This document shows positions 41,490 through 52,500 of a DNA stretch of 64,000 bases, one piece after another. This DNA comes from Planctomycetota bacterium (GTDB taxonomy: Bacteria; Planctomycetota; B15-G4). Below the pieces are notes generated by a model. It did no database searches, had not been told where the DNA came from, and saw only the letters and a list, made by a program, of their open reading frames with translations. Location: contig JBBQUR010000006.1 of assembly GCA_038212275.1 (NCBI GenBank), forward strand, positions 180,262 to 244,261, given 5' to 3'. Position numbers and translations under genes: made by a program. How positions within the stretch are numbered: position 1 is the stretch's first letter; each line of letters starts with the position of its first letter.

Positions 41490-42176
41490 TCAGGCCCTGT
41501 GCGCCGCGGCGCGTGCGATGCGCACGATGAGCTGGTATTCATCGGCGCGCACGGGCTGCACCGAGAGCCGGCTGCCGCGCTGCATGAGCGGCATATTCCG
41601 CAGTTCCTTGATCCCGGCGAGCGTTTCCCGGTCGATCGGCTGCAAGAAGGTTTCCACGTAGCGGATGTCCACGAGAAACCACGTGGGTTGCTCGCGCACG
41701 CTGGCCGGATCGTAATGGTGATCCTTCGGATCGAAGGCGGTGGGGTCCGGCTTCGGCTTGCTGGCCACCTCGGCCAGTCCGACGATCGCCGGCGGGTCCG
41801 CATTGGAGTGGTAGAAGAGCACGCCGTCGCCGACGCGCATCTGGTCGCGCAGCGTGTTGCGCGCCTGATAATTGCGCACGCCGTCCCAGCCGGTGACACC
41901 GTCGCGCGCGAGGTCCGCGATGGAGTAGCTTTCGGGCTCCGTCTTCAGCAGCCAGTAGTTCCGCTGCCGCGGCGGCGAGCCGACGCCGCCTTCGCCGGCG
42001 CCGAAAGCGGAGATGCCCGGATTCCGGCGGCTGGCGCCCTTCACGCCGTTCGAGCCGTTCGCGCCCTTCGCGCCTCTCGCGCCTTTTGCGCCTCTCGCAC
42101 CCGGCGCGCTCCGGCCGTGAGCTGGCTTTCCGGCTCCGCCCGGGGTTTTCGGGCGGCCGCCGCCTGCGGGGCTCAC
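41490..42176 (-). CDS. EVE domain-containing protein with low-complexity N-terminus
   Basis: YWLLKTEP, WDGVRNYQARN, FYHSN, SRLSVQPV; GTGA overlap with orn. Confidence 0.9.
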   Translation of the reverse strand: MSPAGGGRPKTPGGAGKPAHGRSAPGARGAKGARGAKGANGSNGVKGASRRNPGISAFGAGEGGVGSPPRQRNYWLLKTEPESYSIADLARDGVTGWDGVRNYQARNTLRDQMRVGDGVLFYHSNADPPAIVGLAEVASKPKPDPTAFDPKDHHYDPASVREQPTWFLVDIRYVETFLQPIDRETLAGIKELRNMPLMQRGSRLSVQPVRADEYQLIVRIARAAAHRA

Positions 42177-42802
42177 GCCTGCGACCCCGCGCCCGGCTCC
42201 GCACCTTCCTCCAGCGGCGGCGCGACGCTCTTCTTCGGAGGCGCGAGCCACTGATTGCGGTAGTGCTTGAGCTGCGCGATGGACTCGCGGATGTCGTCCA
42301 GCGCGCGGTGCTTGTCGCCCTTGCGCGGCGCGTTGCCGATGGAGGCCACGTTCCAGCGCGTCGCGACCTCCTTGAAGGAGCTCACGTCGATGGTGCGGTA
42401 GTGCAGCAGCTCGTCCACCGACGGCATCTGCAGCTTGAGGAACATGCGGTCGCACCAGATGGAGTTGCCGCAGAGCGGCGCACTGCGCGGGCGCACCCAC
42501 GCCTTGAGGAAACCCAGCGTCTCGCGCTCGGCGTCTTTGAGACTCATCGAGCTGAGCCGCACCTTTTCGGTGAGCCCCGACTTCGTGTGCATCTCGCGCA
42601 CGATCGGAATCATGCGGGCGATGTGCTCGGGGCCGGCGTGCACGATGATCTCCGGCCCCTCGGCCACGATCTCGAGCTGGTTGTCGGTGATGAGCGTCGC
42701 GATCTCGACGATCGTGTTCTGCAGCGGATCGAGCCCGGTCATCTCGAGGTCGATCCAGACCAGCAGATCGTCGCGCGGGCCATTGGCCGGAGTGTTCAGC
42801 AC
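42173..42802 (-). CDS. orn: Oligoribonuclease
   Basis: LVWIDLEMTGLD, MHTKSGL, PLCGNS, HYRTIDVSS.KE, HRALDDIRESI..LKHYR. Confidence 0.95.
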   Translation of the reverse strand: MLNTPANGPRDDLLVWIDLEMTGLDPLQNTIVEIATLITDNQLEIVAEGPEIIVHAGPEHIARMIPIVREMHTKSGLTEKVRLSSMSLKDAERETLGFLKAWVRPRSAPLCGNSIWCDRMFLKLQMPSVDELLHYRTIDVSSFKEVATRWNVASIGNAPRKGDKHRALDDIRESIAQLKHYRNQWLAPPKKSVAPPLEEGAEPGAGSQA

Positions 42803-44811
42803 CGTGAGTCCTCGGACAGAAACCAGCGTTCCAGGACAAGCAGGGTAAAGAGTGGCTCGTGAGCCGCAACCCGATTCTGCGCGTGATCGTCCAGCAGGGC
42901 CTCCACCGCGGCGGGTCGGAAGAGGCCGCGCCCCCGCGCCGCGGGCGACAGCAGCACCTCCCGCGCATGGCCCGCGAGCGGCCCGCGGAACCAGTGCTCG
43001 AGCGGCACGCCGAAGCCCCGCTTGGGTCCGCTGAGCACGTCCGCAGGCAGCAGGCGCCGCAGCGCGTGGCGCAGGACGAGCTTGCTGGTCGTCCGCCACG
43101 GCGGGCCGCCGAGCAAACCGTCCGTACTGTCGCCACGGGCGGCCCCACGGCCGGCGCCACGCGCAGCGCTCGCACGCCCCAGCTTCAGGCGCCCCGGCAG
43201 CGAGGCCGCGTACTCCAGCAGCTCGCGGTCGAGGAAGGGACAGCGCGCCTCGAGTCCCTGCGCCATGCTCGCGATGTCGAGCTTCACGAGCAGGTCGTCG
43301 GGCAGGTAGCGCTCGAGGTCGAGCAACAGCGCCTCGTTGAGCGGCAGCGGCAGGTCCACGTCGGCGCCGTAGAAGGACGGCGTGCCGAAGAAGGCCTGGC
43401 CTTCGGGCGTGAGCAGGCCGCGGATCTGCCCTGCGGTCATGGCCACGCGCCAGTCGTGATTGCGCTGGCGCGGCGTGCGGTCCAGGCTGTCCACGAAACG
43501 CACGAGTCGCGCGCCCGCGCCGCGCGCACCGGCGAACGACGCCTCGCCGTTGGAGACCAGCGCGCCGCCCGCGCCCGTGGCGACGGCTGCGGAGGCCGCC
43601 GCAGACAGCGCGAGGCGCAGCGGCGCGGCAAACGGGCCGTCGAGGCGATCGGCCAGAGCCAGCGCGCGGTAGCGGTCGTAACCGGCAAAGGCCTCGTCGC
43701 CGCCGTCGCCGGTGAGCACGACCTTCACGTGCTCCTTCGCCAGCCTGCTCACCAGGAGGGTCGGCAGCGCGGAGCTGTCCGCGAAGGGCTCGCCGTAATG
43801 GTCGAGCAGCTCGTCGATGAGCCCGACGGCGTCGGGCCGCACGACGGCCTCGTGATGCTCCGTGCCGAAGAGCCGCGACAGCTTGCGCGCGCCGGCCGCC
43901 TCGTCGTAGTCCGACTCCGCGAAGCCGATGGTGAAAGTGCGCACCGGCGTGGTGCTCGCCTCCGCCATGAGCGCGACGACCGCGGCGGAATCCAGGCCGC
44001 CGGAGAGGAAGGCGCCCACCGGCACGTCGGCCATGAGGCGTTTGCGCACGGCGGCGCGCAGGCGCGCGAGCACCTCGTCGGCGGCCTCGTCGAGGCTCGG
44101 CGCTTCCGACGTGTCGCAGCCCGCGGCGAGGCGCCAGTATCGGCGCTGCGTCGCGCGACCATCCTCCACCACCATGACGGTGCCGGGCGGCAGCTTGGAG
44201 GCGCCGCGATACGCCGTGCGCGGGCCGGGCACCGCGCGGAAGGCGAGATAGTCCGCCAGCGCGCGGCCGTCGGGCGTGCGGTCCACGAGCGCGTCGCGAC
44301 GCAGCGCCTGCAGCTCGCTGGCGAAGACGAGGCCCTCGCCCGTCATCGCGTACACGAGCGGCTTCTTGCCGACGGGATCGCGCGCCAGCACCAGCCGCCG
44401 CGCGCGGCCGTCCCACAGCGCAAAAGCGAACATGCCGTCCAGCCGGCGCACGAAGTCCGCGCCCTCGCGCTCATACCACTGCCGATACAGCGGCAGGATG
44501 ACCTCGGCATCGCAGTCGCCGCGGAAGGCATGCCCTGCGGCGGCCAGCTCGGCGCGCAGCGCGCGGTGATTCCAGATCTCGCAGTTGGCGACGAGCAGCG
44601 TCGTGCCGTCGACGCTCGTCATCGGCTGACGTCCGCGCGGCGAGAGGTCGACGATGGACAACCGCCGATGCCCGAAGGCCAGCGGCCCGTCGCTCGCGAA
44701 GCCGCTGTCGTCCGGCCCGCGATGCGCAAGCGCCGCCGTGAGCGCCGCCACGCCCGCGAGATCAGCCGGCCGCGCCGCGTCGAACCAGAGTTTCCCGGCG
44801 ATCCCGCACAT
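42796..44811 (-). CDS. asnB: Asparagine synthase (glutamine-hydrolysing) family amidotransferase
   Basis: MCGIAG, HRGPD, HRRLSIVDL, LSGGLDS, GDGGDEAFAGY, PFLD, K.GF.VP. Confidence 0.93.
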   Translation of the reverse strand: MCGIAGKLWFDAARPADLAGVAALTAALAHRGPDDSGFASDGPLAFGHRRLSIVDLSPRGRQPMTSVDGTTLLVANCEIWNHRALRAELAAAGHAFRGDCDAEVILPLYRQWYEREGADFVRRLDGMFAFALWDGRARRLVLARDPVGKKPLVYAMTGEGLVFASELQALRRDALVDRTPDGRALADYLAFRAVPGPRTAYRGASKLPPGTVMVVEDGRATQRRYWRLAAGCDTSEAPSLDEAADEVLARLRAAVRKRLMADVPVGAFLSGGLDSAAVVALMAEASTTPVRTFTIGFAESDYDEAAGARKLSRLFGTEHHEAVVRPDAVGLIDELLDHYGEPFADSSALPTLLVSRLAKEHVKVVLTGDGGDEAFAGYDRYRALALADRLDGPFAAPLRLALSAAASAAVATGAGGALVSNGEASFAGARGAGARLVRFVDSLDRTPRQRNHDWRVAMTAGQIRGLLTPEGQAFFGTPSFYGADVDLPLPLNEALLLDLERYLPDDLLVKLDIASMAQGLEARCPFLDRELLEYAASLPGRLKLGRASAARGAGRGAARGDSTDGLLGGPPWRTTSKLVLRHALRRLLPADVLSGPKRGFGVPLEHWFRGPLAGHAREVLLSPAARGRGLFRPAAVEALLDDHAQNRVAAHEPLFTLLVLERWFLSEDSRC

Positions 44812-44906
44812 GGCTCAGCGCTGCGGCCCGGGCGCGCCGCGCGCGTCGCGCGCGCGCGAGCCCGGCGTGCATGCAGCGCCGCACGGACTCGCGCGCGGCG
44901 TGGACA

Positions 44907-46049
44907 TCACGTCGCGAGGAACTCGCAGACCGTGTCCACGACGGCGGCCTTCTGCTCGGCGCTGAGCTCCGGGTAGATCGGCAGCGCGAGCGTCTCCTTC
45001 GCGGCGCGCTCGGACTGCGGGAAGTCGCCGACTTTCCAGCCTTCGCCCGCGAAGCACTCCTGCAGGTGGCAGGGCACCGGATAGTAGATCTCGCAACCGA
45101 TGCCGTTGGACTGCAGGTGCTTCACCAGCGCGTCGCGCTTGCCCGCGGCGACGCGCAGGATGAACTGGTTGTAGATGTGGTAGCCGCCTTCGCGCTCGAA
45201 AGGCAGCGTGAGCGAGCCCGCCGGCAGGTGCTTGGCGGCGAAGAGCTTGCGGTAGTCGGCCGCGTTCCTGCGGCGAGCCTCGTGCCAGTCGTCGAGGTGC
45301 TTGAGCTTGATGCGCAGCACCGCGGCCTGCAGTGCATCGAGCCGGAAGTTGCCGCCCAGCAGCTTGTGAAAATACTTGGGCTCCATGCCGTGATTGCGCA
45401 TGACCTTCATCTTGTGCGCCAGCGCGTCGTCGTTCGTGCCGATGAAACCGCCGTCGCCCGCGCCGCCGAGATTCTTGCTGGGGAAGAAGCTCCAGCAGCC
45501 CACCATGCCGATGCCACCGACCATGCGGCCGTCCACGTCGCGCGTGCCGATGGCCTGCGCGCAGTCCTCGATGACGGGCAGGTTGTGCGCGCACGCGATC
45601 TCGTTCAGCGGCCGCATGTCCGCCGACTGCCCATACAGGTGCACCGGCAGGATGGCCTTGGTCTTGCTCGTGATCGCGGCCTTCACCTTGCTCACGTCGA
45701 GGTTGTAGGTGGCCGGGTCGATGTCCACGAATTTGCAGCGCGCACCGAGGCGCGCGACGGAGCCGACCGTCGCGAAGAAGGTGTAGGGCGAGGTGATGAC
45801 CTCGTCGCCTGGCCCGATGCCCAGCGCCCAGAGCGAGAGCAGCAGCGCATCCGTGCCGGACGAGCAGCCGATGGCGTGCTTGATACCGCAGTAGGCCGCC
45901 AGATCCTTCTCGAGCCCGTCGATGTTCGGCCCGCCGATGAAGTACTGGCTCTCGAAGACCTCGTTCACCGCCGCACTGATCTCCTTGCGGAGCGGCGCAT
46001 ACTGAGCCTTGAGGTCAAGCAGCGGAACGGCGACACGGGTGGCGGGCAT
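44907..46049 (-). CDS. DegT/DnrJ/EryC1/StrS family sugar aminotransferase
   Basis: SSGTDAL, PVHLYGQ, IEDCAQAIG, SFFPSKNLG, NFRLDALQAA, LALPIYPEL. Confidence 0.95.
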   Translation of the reverse strand: MPATRVAVPLLDLKAQYAPLRKEISAAVNEVFESQYFIGGPNIDGLEKDLAAYCGIKHAIGCSSGTDALLLSLWALGIGPGDEVITSPYTFFATVGSVARLGARCKFVDIDPATYNLDVSKVKAAITSKTKAILPVHLYGQSADMRPLNEIACAHNLPVIEDCAQAIGTRDVDGRMVGGIGMVGCWSFFPSKNLGGAGDGGFIGTNDDALAHKMKVMRNHGMEPKYFHKLLGGNFRLDALQAAVLRIKLKHLDDWHEARRRNAADYRKLFAAKHLPAGSLTLPFEREGGYHIYNQFILRVAAGKRDALVKHLQSNGIGCEIYYPVPCHLQECFAGEGWKVGDFPQSERAAKETLALPIYPELSAEQKAAVVDTVCEFLAT

Positions 46050-46298
46050 GGCCTGTGATTCCTCGAGGGTGTCTTGCCGGAGCGGACCGGTGCCGTGCGG
46101 TGCGGCTGCTCCGTCACGGTCGCGACTTCCGGCGCAGGTCGCGGACTCTTCCAAGATAGCGGATCGAGGCTCCGCAAGGCAGTCCGGGATGCTGAGCGGA
46201 TCGCTGCACCCGCTTGTTCCCTCGCGGGGCCATGGCAATACTGCCTCAACGCCTCGTTCGCCGCGGCCCGTCACTGGGTCTGCCCGGGACAGACAGCC

Positions 46299-46649
46299 AT
46301 GCCCGATCCGACTTCGCATCGAGTTGCCACGCCGATCGATCAGGCGTTGCTGAACGACATCACGCGCCGGATCGTGGAGCGCTTCCATCCGCGCAGGGTG
46401 CTCCTGTTCGGCAGCCATGCACGTGGCACCGCGCACGCGGATAGCGACGTGGACCTCTTCGTCGAGATGGAATCGTCCAAGTCACCGCCGGAGCGCGCCA
46501 TCGACATCGACGCGCTCTTCGGGCTGCGAACCTGGCCCATGGACCTCGTCGTCCTCACTCCGGATGAGGTGCTTCGCCTGCGCCGCCGCACAGGGACGAT
46601 CCTGCAGGAGATCGAAGCGGAAGGTCGCGTGCTCTATGAGCGCGCCTGA
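46299..46649 (+). CDS. Minimal nucleotidyltransferase (MNT) antitoxin
   Basis: LFGSHARG...DSDVDL motif, EG.VLYE C-terminus. Confidence 0.9.
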   Translation: MPDPTSHRVATPIDQALLNDITRRIVERFHPRRVLLFGSHARGTAHADSDVDLFVEMESSKSPPERAIDIDALFGLRTWPMDLVVLTPDEVLRLRRRTGTILQEIEAEGRVLYERA

Positions 46650-47049
46650 TAAGGCAGACGACGCCCCGTGGGCCAGCTGGGTCCGCAAGGCGGACAGCGA
46701 CCTGCTGAACATCTCCAACAACATGGCAGCCGCAACAGTCCCATGGGACACGGTCTGCTTTCATGCCCAGCAGGCCGTCGAGAAACTCCTCAAGGCGTGG
46801 CTGGTCGCTCACGCGCAGGCGCCGCGACGGACACACGATCTCGTGACCCTCCTGGCGGACTGCGTCGCGGTGGATCCCGTGCTCGAACCGCTCGAACCGG
46901 ACTGCCGCCGACTCACGAACTACGCCATTCAGTCGCGATACCCCGACGACGTGTTCGAGATCGGGGAGGCCGATGGCCGGCGTGTCGTGGAAGAGGCGCA
47001 GCGGCTCTGCCAGCTCATCCGCGCATCACTGCCAGCGTCCGACGCTTAG
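46636..47049 (+). CDS. HEPN domain protein (MNT-HEPN toxin-antitoxin partner)
   Basis: CFHAQQAVEK.LKA, RTHDL, RYP; overlaps the MNT gene. Confidence 0.9.
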   Translation: MSAPDKADDAPWASWVRKADSDLLNISNNMAAATVPWDTVCFHAQQAVEKLLKAWLVAHAQAPRRTHDLVTLLADCVAVDPVLEPLEPDCRRLTNYAIQSRYPDDVFEIGEADGRRVVEEAQRLCQLIRASLPASDA

Positions 47050-47134
47050 GGGGAACGGAGGGCACGGCGAGTGGCGAAGGGCCTGCGCCTGTGCGCGTGG
47101 CACCGCTGGCTGCCTGACGCCGCGGAGCAGCCTT

Positions 47135-47692
47135 TCACCCGTGCAGGGGGTGAAGCCCACGCTCGGCGCGAGCGGTGTTGACGGCCAGCAGCGCGCGCGG
47201 TTCCTGGGCCAGCAGGCGCACGAGTTGCGTCGCGCTGGCGCCGAGCGCCTCGGCGGCCGCAGGAATCTCGAAGGCGACGGCGTGCACGGCGTCGAGCGCC
47301 TCGGCGAGCAGCGCGGGGAAGTCCTCGTGTTCCGTGCTCACGCTGATGCGCCCGCCGCGGCAGCGCGAACGCCACAGCGCGCTGGGCGTGGACGGCGGTG
47401 GCGCTGCGGAGCGCACGTCCAGCGCAAGCTGCACGCGCAGGCGGGACAGCGCCACGGCCTTGTTCTGCGACTGCGAGCGACGCTCGCTGGCCTGGCCCTC
47501 GATGCCCGTCGGCCGGTGCACGAGCACGATGCCGCTCTCGACCTTGTTGCGATGCTGGCCGCCCGGGCCCGAGCGTCGCCGCGCCGTGACCTCGCACTGC
47601 GCAAGCAGCGCGTCGGCCGGCAGCGCCGCGGGGTGCATGCTGGCTGGCGCGGCCCCGCCGCTTGCGCCGGCGCTGCGCGGCACGTCGTTCAC
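47135..47692 (-). CDS. Peptide chain release factor-like protein (RF-1 GGQ domain only)
   Basis: RRSGPGGQHRNKVES, ASERRSQ..N...A..RLR. Confidence 0.88.
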   Translation of the reverse strand: MNDVPRSAGASGGAAPASMHPAALPADALLAQCEVTARRRSGPGGQHRNKVESGIVLVHRPTGIEGQASERRSQSQNKAVALSRLRVQLALDVRSAAPPPSTPSALWRSRCRGGRISVSTEHEDFPALLAEALDAVHAVAFEIPAAAEALGASATQLVRLLAQEPRALLAVNTARAERGLHPLHG

Positions 47693-48429
47693 GTCCCGTC
47701 GCCCGGCAGCACGTCCGCGAAGACGAAGCCGTCGCGCTCAGTGATCTCGCCGACGCGCACGTCGATCGGCGCGCGGAACATCGGGCCGGCGGACACGAAG
47801 GTGTGGAACTCGCCGTTCTCGCCGCAGGGATCTGCGGACGGCGGCAGCTCCGCGATGAGCGACGCATCCCAGCGCCGCCCGGCCAAGGCGCCCGGAATCT
47901 GCCGCGGATCCACGGCGGTGAGGTGCGCCACGAGGCCGCCGGCGAGCATGTCGCGCGCCAGCGCTGCCGTCGGCCGCCCCCACAGCGGGAAGATCGGCGT
48001 GATGCCCGTGCCGGCCAGCTTCTCCTCGCGATAGCGGCGGATGTCTTCCAGGAAGAGGTCACCAAAGGCCACGTGGGCAATGCCGTCGGCGCGCGCGCGA
48101 TCCATCGCGGCGCCCATCGCCTGCTCGTAGTCGGCGTTGGTGCAGGGCCACGGGATCTCCACCTCGTGCAGCGGCAAGCCGGCGGCCGCGGCCTGCGCGG
48201 CGAGCATCGACCGGCGCACGGCGTGCATCGCGACGCGCTGGTGCGTGGCATTCACCGTGGTCAGCAGCCCCGCCACGCGCGGCGCCGACGGATCGCGCGC
48301 CGCCGCCTCCCGGAGCACGTGCAGCGACCAGGCGCTGTCCTTGCCGCTGCTCCACGCGAGCAGCGTGCGCTGGGCGAGCAGCGTGCGCTGGGCGTGCAGC
48401 GTGCGCGGGGAGTGGTCGGGAAGGGGCAT
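47689..48429 (-). CDS. PP-loop ATPase (diphthamide synthase/Dph6-like adenine nucleotide alpha hydrolase)
   Basis: WSSGKDS, FGDLFLEDIRRYRE, FPLW, DPCGENGEFHTF. Confidence 0.9.
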   Translation of the reverse strand: MPLPDHSPRTLHAQRTLLAQRTLLAWSSGKDSAWSLHVLREAAARDPSAPRVAGLLTTVNATHQRVAMHAVRRSMLAAQAAAAGLPLHEVEIPWPCTNADYEQAMGAAMDRARADGIAHVAFGDLFLEDIRRYREEKLAGTGITPIFPLWGRPTAALARDMLAGGLVAHLTAVDPRQIPGALAGRRWDASLIAELPPSADPCGENGEFHTFVSAGPMFRAPIDVRVGEITERDGFVFADVLPGDGT

Positions 48430-48597
48430 GCGGGACACTCCGGGGCCGGGACGCGGGGCGCAGACTAGCAGGCGCGGCGCGACGCATCGCGTGCCCGCGC
48501 CCGCGCCCGCGCGCGGCGGGGTCGGGTTAGACTCGGCGCCCGCGACCCGCGACCGTTGCGCGGCCCGCCTGCCGGACGCCCCCAAAGAGATTCGCCC

Positions 48598-49485
48598 ATG
48601 ACCTCCCCGCTCGTCCTTCGCCGCCTGTCCCGCTTCGCTCTCGTGACGGCCTGCTCCCTCGGCCTCGCCGTCAGCGTGCCCGCGCTGGAGTCGGAACTTG
48701 TCTTCGACGTCTCGCCGTTGAACCCCGACGCCGTCGGCGGCGAACTCATCGGCGTCTCCACCTCAGCCGGGCACGTGGTCCATGCGCGCCTCGACGCGAC
48801 CTTCGTGAGCGCGGACCCGGGGCCGTGGACGCTGGGCGTGAGCTTCGGCCTCCCCACCGGGATCGCGGGCGTCGACAGCCAGACGCTGGGCTGGGCGGGC
48901 GTGGGCAGCTTCAGCACGAGCCTGCAGACGGACGCCTTCAACGGCGTGCTCGGCCCGCCTCCGGGCCAGTCGCACTTCACGTGGTTCGTCGAGTGGTCCG
49001 GCGGGACGCCCTTCATGCTGCCCGGCGGCGGCTTCGGCGTGAAGCCGGTGCAGGGCGTGTTCACGCAGCTCGTGCTCACGCTCACGCTGAGCGACAGCCC
49101 TCCCGGCGCATGGACCGACCTCGGCCACGCGACGAGCGGCGCGCTCGGCGAGCCGCACCTCGCGGGCACCGGCAATCTCTGCCGGAGCGCGCCCGGCTCG
49201 CTGGTGCTCAGCTCGGCGCGGCCCGGCGGCAGCGCCTTCCTCGTGGTGGGCTTCTCCAGCCTGTGGCATCCCTTCCACGGCGGCCTGCTCATTCCGGCGC
49301 CGGATCTCGTGCTCGCACCGCTGCCCATCGACGCGGCGGGCGGCCACACGCTGCCCTTCAGCTTCCCCATCGGCGTGCCGGAAGGTCTGCAACTCTGGTT
49401 CCAGGACTGGATCCCGGATCCCGCCGGCCCGTCCGGCTACGCATCGAGCAACGCGTTGCTGGCCACCGTGCCGTCCGACTGCTGA
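48598..49485 (+). CDS. Secreted hypothetical protein with shared C-terminal domain
   Basis: Signal peptide; C-terminal WTDLG...SSNALLATVP domain similar to those of three other proteins here. Confidence 0.75.
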   Translation: MTSPLVLRRLSRFALVTACSLGLAVSVPALESELVFDVSPLNPDAVGGELIGVSTSAGHVVHARLDATFVSADPGPWTLGVSFGLPTGIAGVDSQTLGWAGVGSFSTSLQTDAFNGVLGPPPGQSHFTWFVEWSGGTPFMLPGGGFGVKPVQGVFTQLVLTLTLSDSPPGAWTDLGHATSGALGEPHLAGTGNLCRSAPGSLVLSSARPGGSAFLVVGFSSLWHPFHGGLLIPAPDLVLAPLPIDAAGGHTLPFSFPIGVPEGLQLWFQDWIPDPAGPSGYASSNALLATVPSDC

Positions 49486-49536
49486 GAGCACAGCCCGGCT
49501 GTGGACTGTCCGCCTTGCACGCGTGATCATGCCTGC

Positions 49537-52500
49537 ATGTCATTCTCGGGCAGCCTGGCGTCGTGTTGGAACCGCAGAAGCTCCGACGCCGCACGCCGCA
49601 TGTGCGCGGCGCTCGGATCTGGCGCGGCGGCGCTGCTCGCGCTGCTGCTCGGCGCCTGCGATGGCAGCGCCGATGAGCCCGTCGACGCCGACCTGATCCG
49701 CGCGCGCACCGAGGCGCTGCAGGTCGACACCCGATACGTGGACGCGCTGAAGGCCATCGAGCCCCTCGTCGCCCGCACCGATGCCGTGGAAGAGGACCTC
49801 GTGCGGGCGGGCATCCTCGGCAACATCCTCGGCAGGCAGCCGGAGGCCGTCGGCTTTGCGGACCGCGCGATGGCGCTGGCGCCGAAGGACCCCGCGGTCA
49901 ACTACCTGCGTGGCAATCTGCACATGAACGTGCAGGAATATCCGCAGGCAGAGGCCTGCTTTCGCACGGTGCTGGCCGTCGATCCGGGCGACAACGCCAC
50001 GCGCATCCAGCTCGCCGACACGCTCGTCGGACTCGAGCGCGAGGACGAGGCCGAGGCGCTCTGGCGCCAGGTGCAGTCGGCCGGATTCGAGGCGAATCCC
50101 GCGCTGTACCGCATCGCCATCTACAAATTGAGCCGGGCGCTGCTGTATGCCGGCCGCGCAGAAGAGAGCAAGGAGCTCTCCGAGGAGCACGCGCGCCTGT
50201 CACCAGTGGCCTTCCGCGCGGGCGAGCCGGCCCCGAAGGACCCCGAGGCCTCCACGCTGGGCTACGGCCGGCTGCTGCCGCCGAAGCCTCACGTGCTGCA
50301 GGCCACGGCAAGCACGCCGACGTGGCCGGGCTTTTCCGGCGGCCCCGACGTGGATCTGCACGGCGCCGAGCACCTGCTCGCGCGCGACCTCGACCGCGAC
50401 GGACGCATCGATCTCGTCGGCTGGGGCCACGCCGGCCTCGTCGTCGCGCTGCAGAAGACGGCCGGCGCCTTCAACGTGCAGCTCGTGCACGAGCGGCCGG
50501 TGCTCTCGGTGGCCGCGGGAGACATGGGCACGGGCGATGGCGGCGACGCGATGAAGCCGGAGGATCCGCGCCACGCGCTCTTCCATCCGCCGCTTGAATT
50601 GCTCTGCGTGGAGACGCCGGGACAGGCGGCCGCAGGCAGCGGCGTGTTCGTGCTCTACACGCTGAACGACGCGGGCCGCTACGAGACCGCGGGCCCCGAG
50701 GGCCTGCAGTCCGGCGACGCGCGCGCCGGCATCTTCAGCGACGTCGATCACGACGGCGATCTCGACGTGGTGCTCGCCACCGGCAGCGGGCTGCAGGTGC
50801 TGCGCAACGACGGCGTCGAGCGCGGAAAGCTGCTCGTCCTGCCGTCGGCGAGCTCCGACGCGGGCCGCGCCGCGGGCAACTGCCGCAGCGTGCTCGCCGA
50901 GGACTTCGACGGCGATGACGACGTGGATTTCCTGGTCGCCACCGAGCACGGCCTCGTGCTGCTCTCGAACGACCGCCGCGAACGCTTCAGCAACGTGACC
51001 GCCGCATGGAACGTGCCGCAGGACGCGCTCGCCACCACGCCGGCGGCCGGATGCGGCGCGCCCGTCGGCGCGCTGGACCTCGACGAGGATGGCCGGGCGG
51101 ACCTCGTGCTGGCAGGCCTCGACGGCACGCTGCGCTGGGCGCGCAACGAGCCGCCCGCGGGGACGCCCGCCGAACCACGCGCCGAACCAGGCGCCGGCGG
51201 CGCGCACTTCGCCGCGCCGGCGCCGCTGCGCGCCGACGTGGCGTCGCTGCCATACGTGTTCACCGACATCGACCTCGACGGACACGTGGACCTGGTCGTG
51301 CGGCGCGCGGAGGGCATGACGGCGGGCGTCGGCTTACCGGCGCGCCTCGTCGACACGGTCGCGCAGGCGCTCGCACCGCTCCACGGCGCACAGAGGGCCG
51401 GCCTGAGCAGCGAGACGGCCGGCGAGACGGGCGCGACCGGCAGCGGCGGCGCTGGCGGCGCGCCCGGCACCGGCAGCAGCCAGCCCTTCGTCGTGACGGA
51501 CCTGGACGGCGACCTGCGACCCGACCTCGTGCTGCTCGGCGCCGGCCACGCGCGCGTGCTGCACGACGACGGCCCCGTCGGCCGCGCACTGCCGCTGGTG
51601 CTGGACGGATTGCGCGACAACGACGAGGGCATCGGCAGCATCGTGCAGCTGCGCGCCGGCCCGCTCTATCGGCGCCTCTACTGGCGCGGCCCGGAACTGC
51701 TGGGCCTCGGCGAGCACGACGTGGCGGACGTGCTGCGCATCACCTGGCCCAACGGCGTGCTGCAGCACGGGCTCGACCTGCCGGCGGGCGTGCCGCTGCG
51801 GCTCGAGCAGGTCAATCGTCTCGGCGGGAGCTGTCCCTTCCTCTACACGTGGAACGGCACGCGCTTCGAGTTCATCAGCGATGTCCTCGGCACGACGCCG
51901 CTCGGCCTGCCCATGTCGCCGGACCTCTTCGTGCCCTTCGATCACGACGAGTATGTGAGGATCCGCGGCGACCAGCTGCTGCCGCGCGACGGCATGCTGC
52001 AGCTCGCCATCACGGAGGAGCTGCGCGAGGTCACCTACCTGGACCGCGCCGTGCTGCACGCCATCGACCATCCGTCCGGCGTGGAGATCCACCCCGACGA
52101 GCGCTTCGCCTTCCCGCCCTTCCCGCCGCACCACGTGCACACCTTCACGGACGTGGTGTCGCTGCCGCGCGTGATCGCCAGCAATGGCAGCGACGTCACC
52201 GCGCAGCTGGCTGCCGTCGACGACGACTGCGCGCGCCCCTTCCGCCGCCTGCCCACGCAGTACGACGGCCTCGCCGATCCGTGGTGGTTGGACCTCACGC
52301 TGGCCGACACGCCCGCGCAGCGCGCCGCGCTGGCCGCCGCGCCGCGCATCCGCCTCGCGCTCACCGGCTGGCTGCAGTGGGGCAACTCCAGCGTGAACAT
52401 GTCGGCCGCGCGCAACCCCGACATCGCCTTCGATCCGCCGCTCCTGTGGGTGCCCGACGGCGACGGCTGGACGCCGACGGGCGACCCGATCGGCTTCCCG

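Noticed and set aside
42796..44910. Lasso peptide cluster (AsnB-like cyclase + short upstream ORF)
   Set aside because: AsnB keeps the N-terminal Cys glutaminase domain, there are no B1/B2 genes, and the degT context points to glycan amidation.
46299..47049. MNT-HEPN pair as a novel defence system
   Set aside because: Canonical, widespread module with no additional partner genes.
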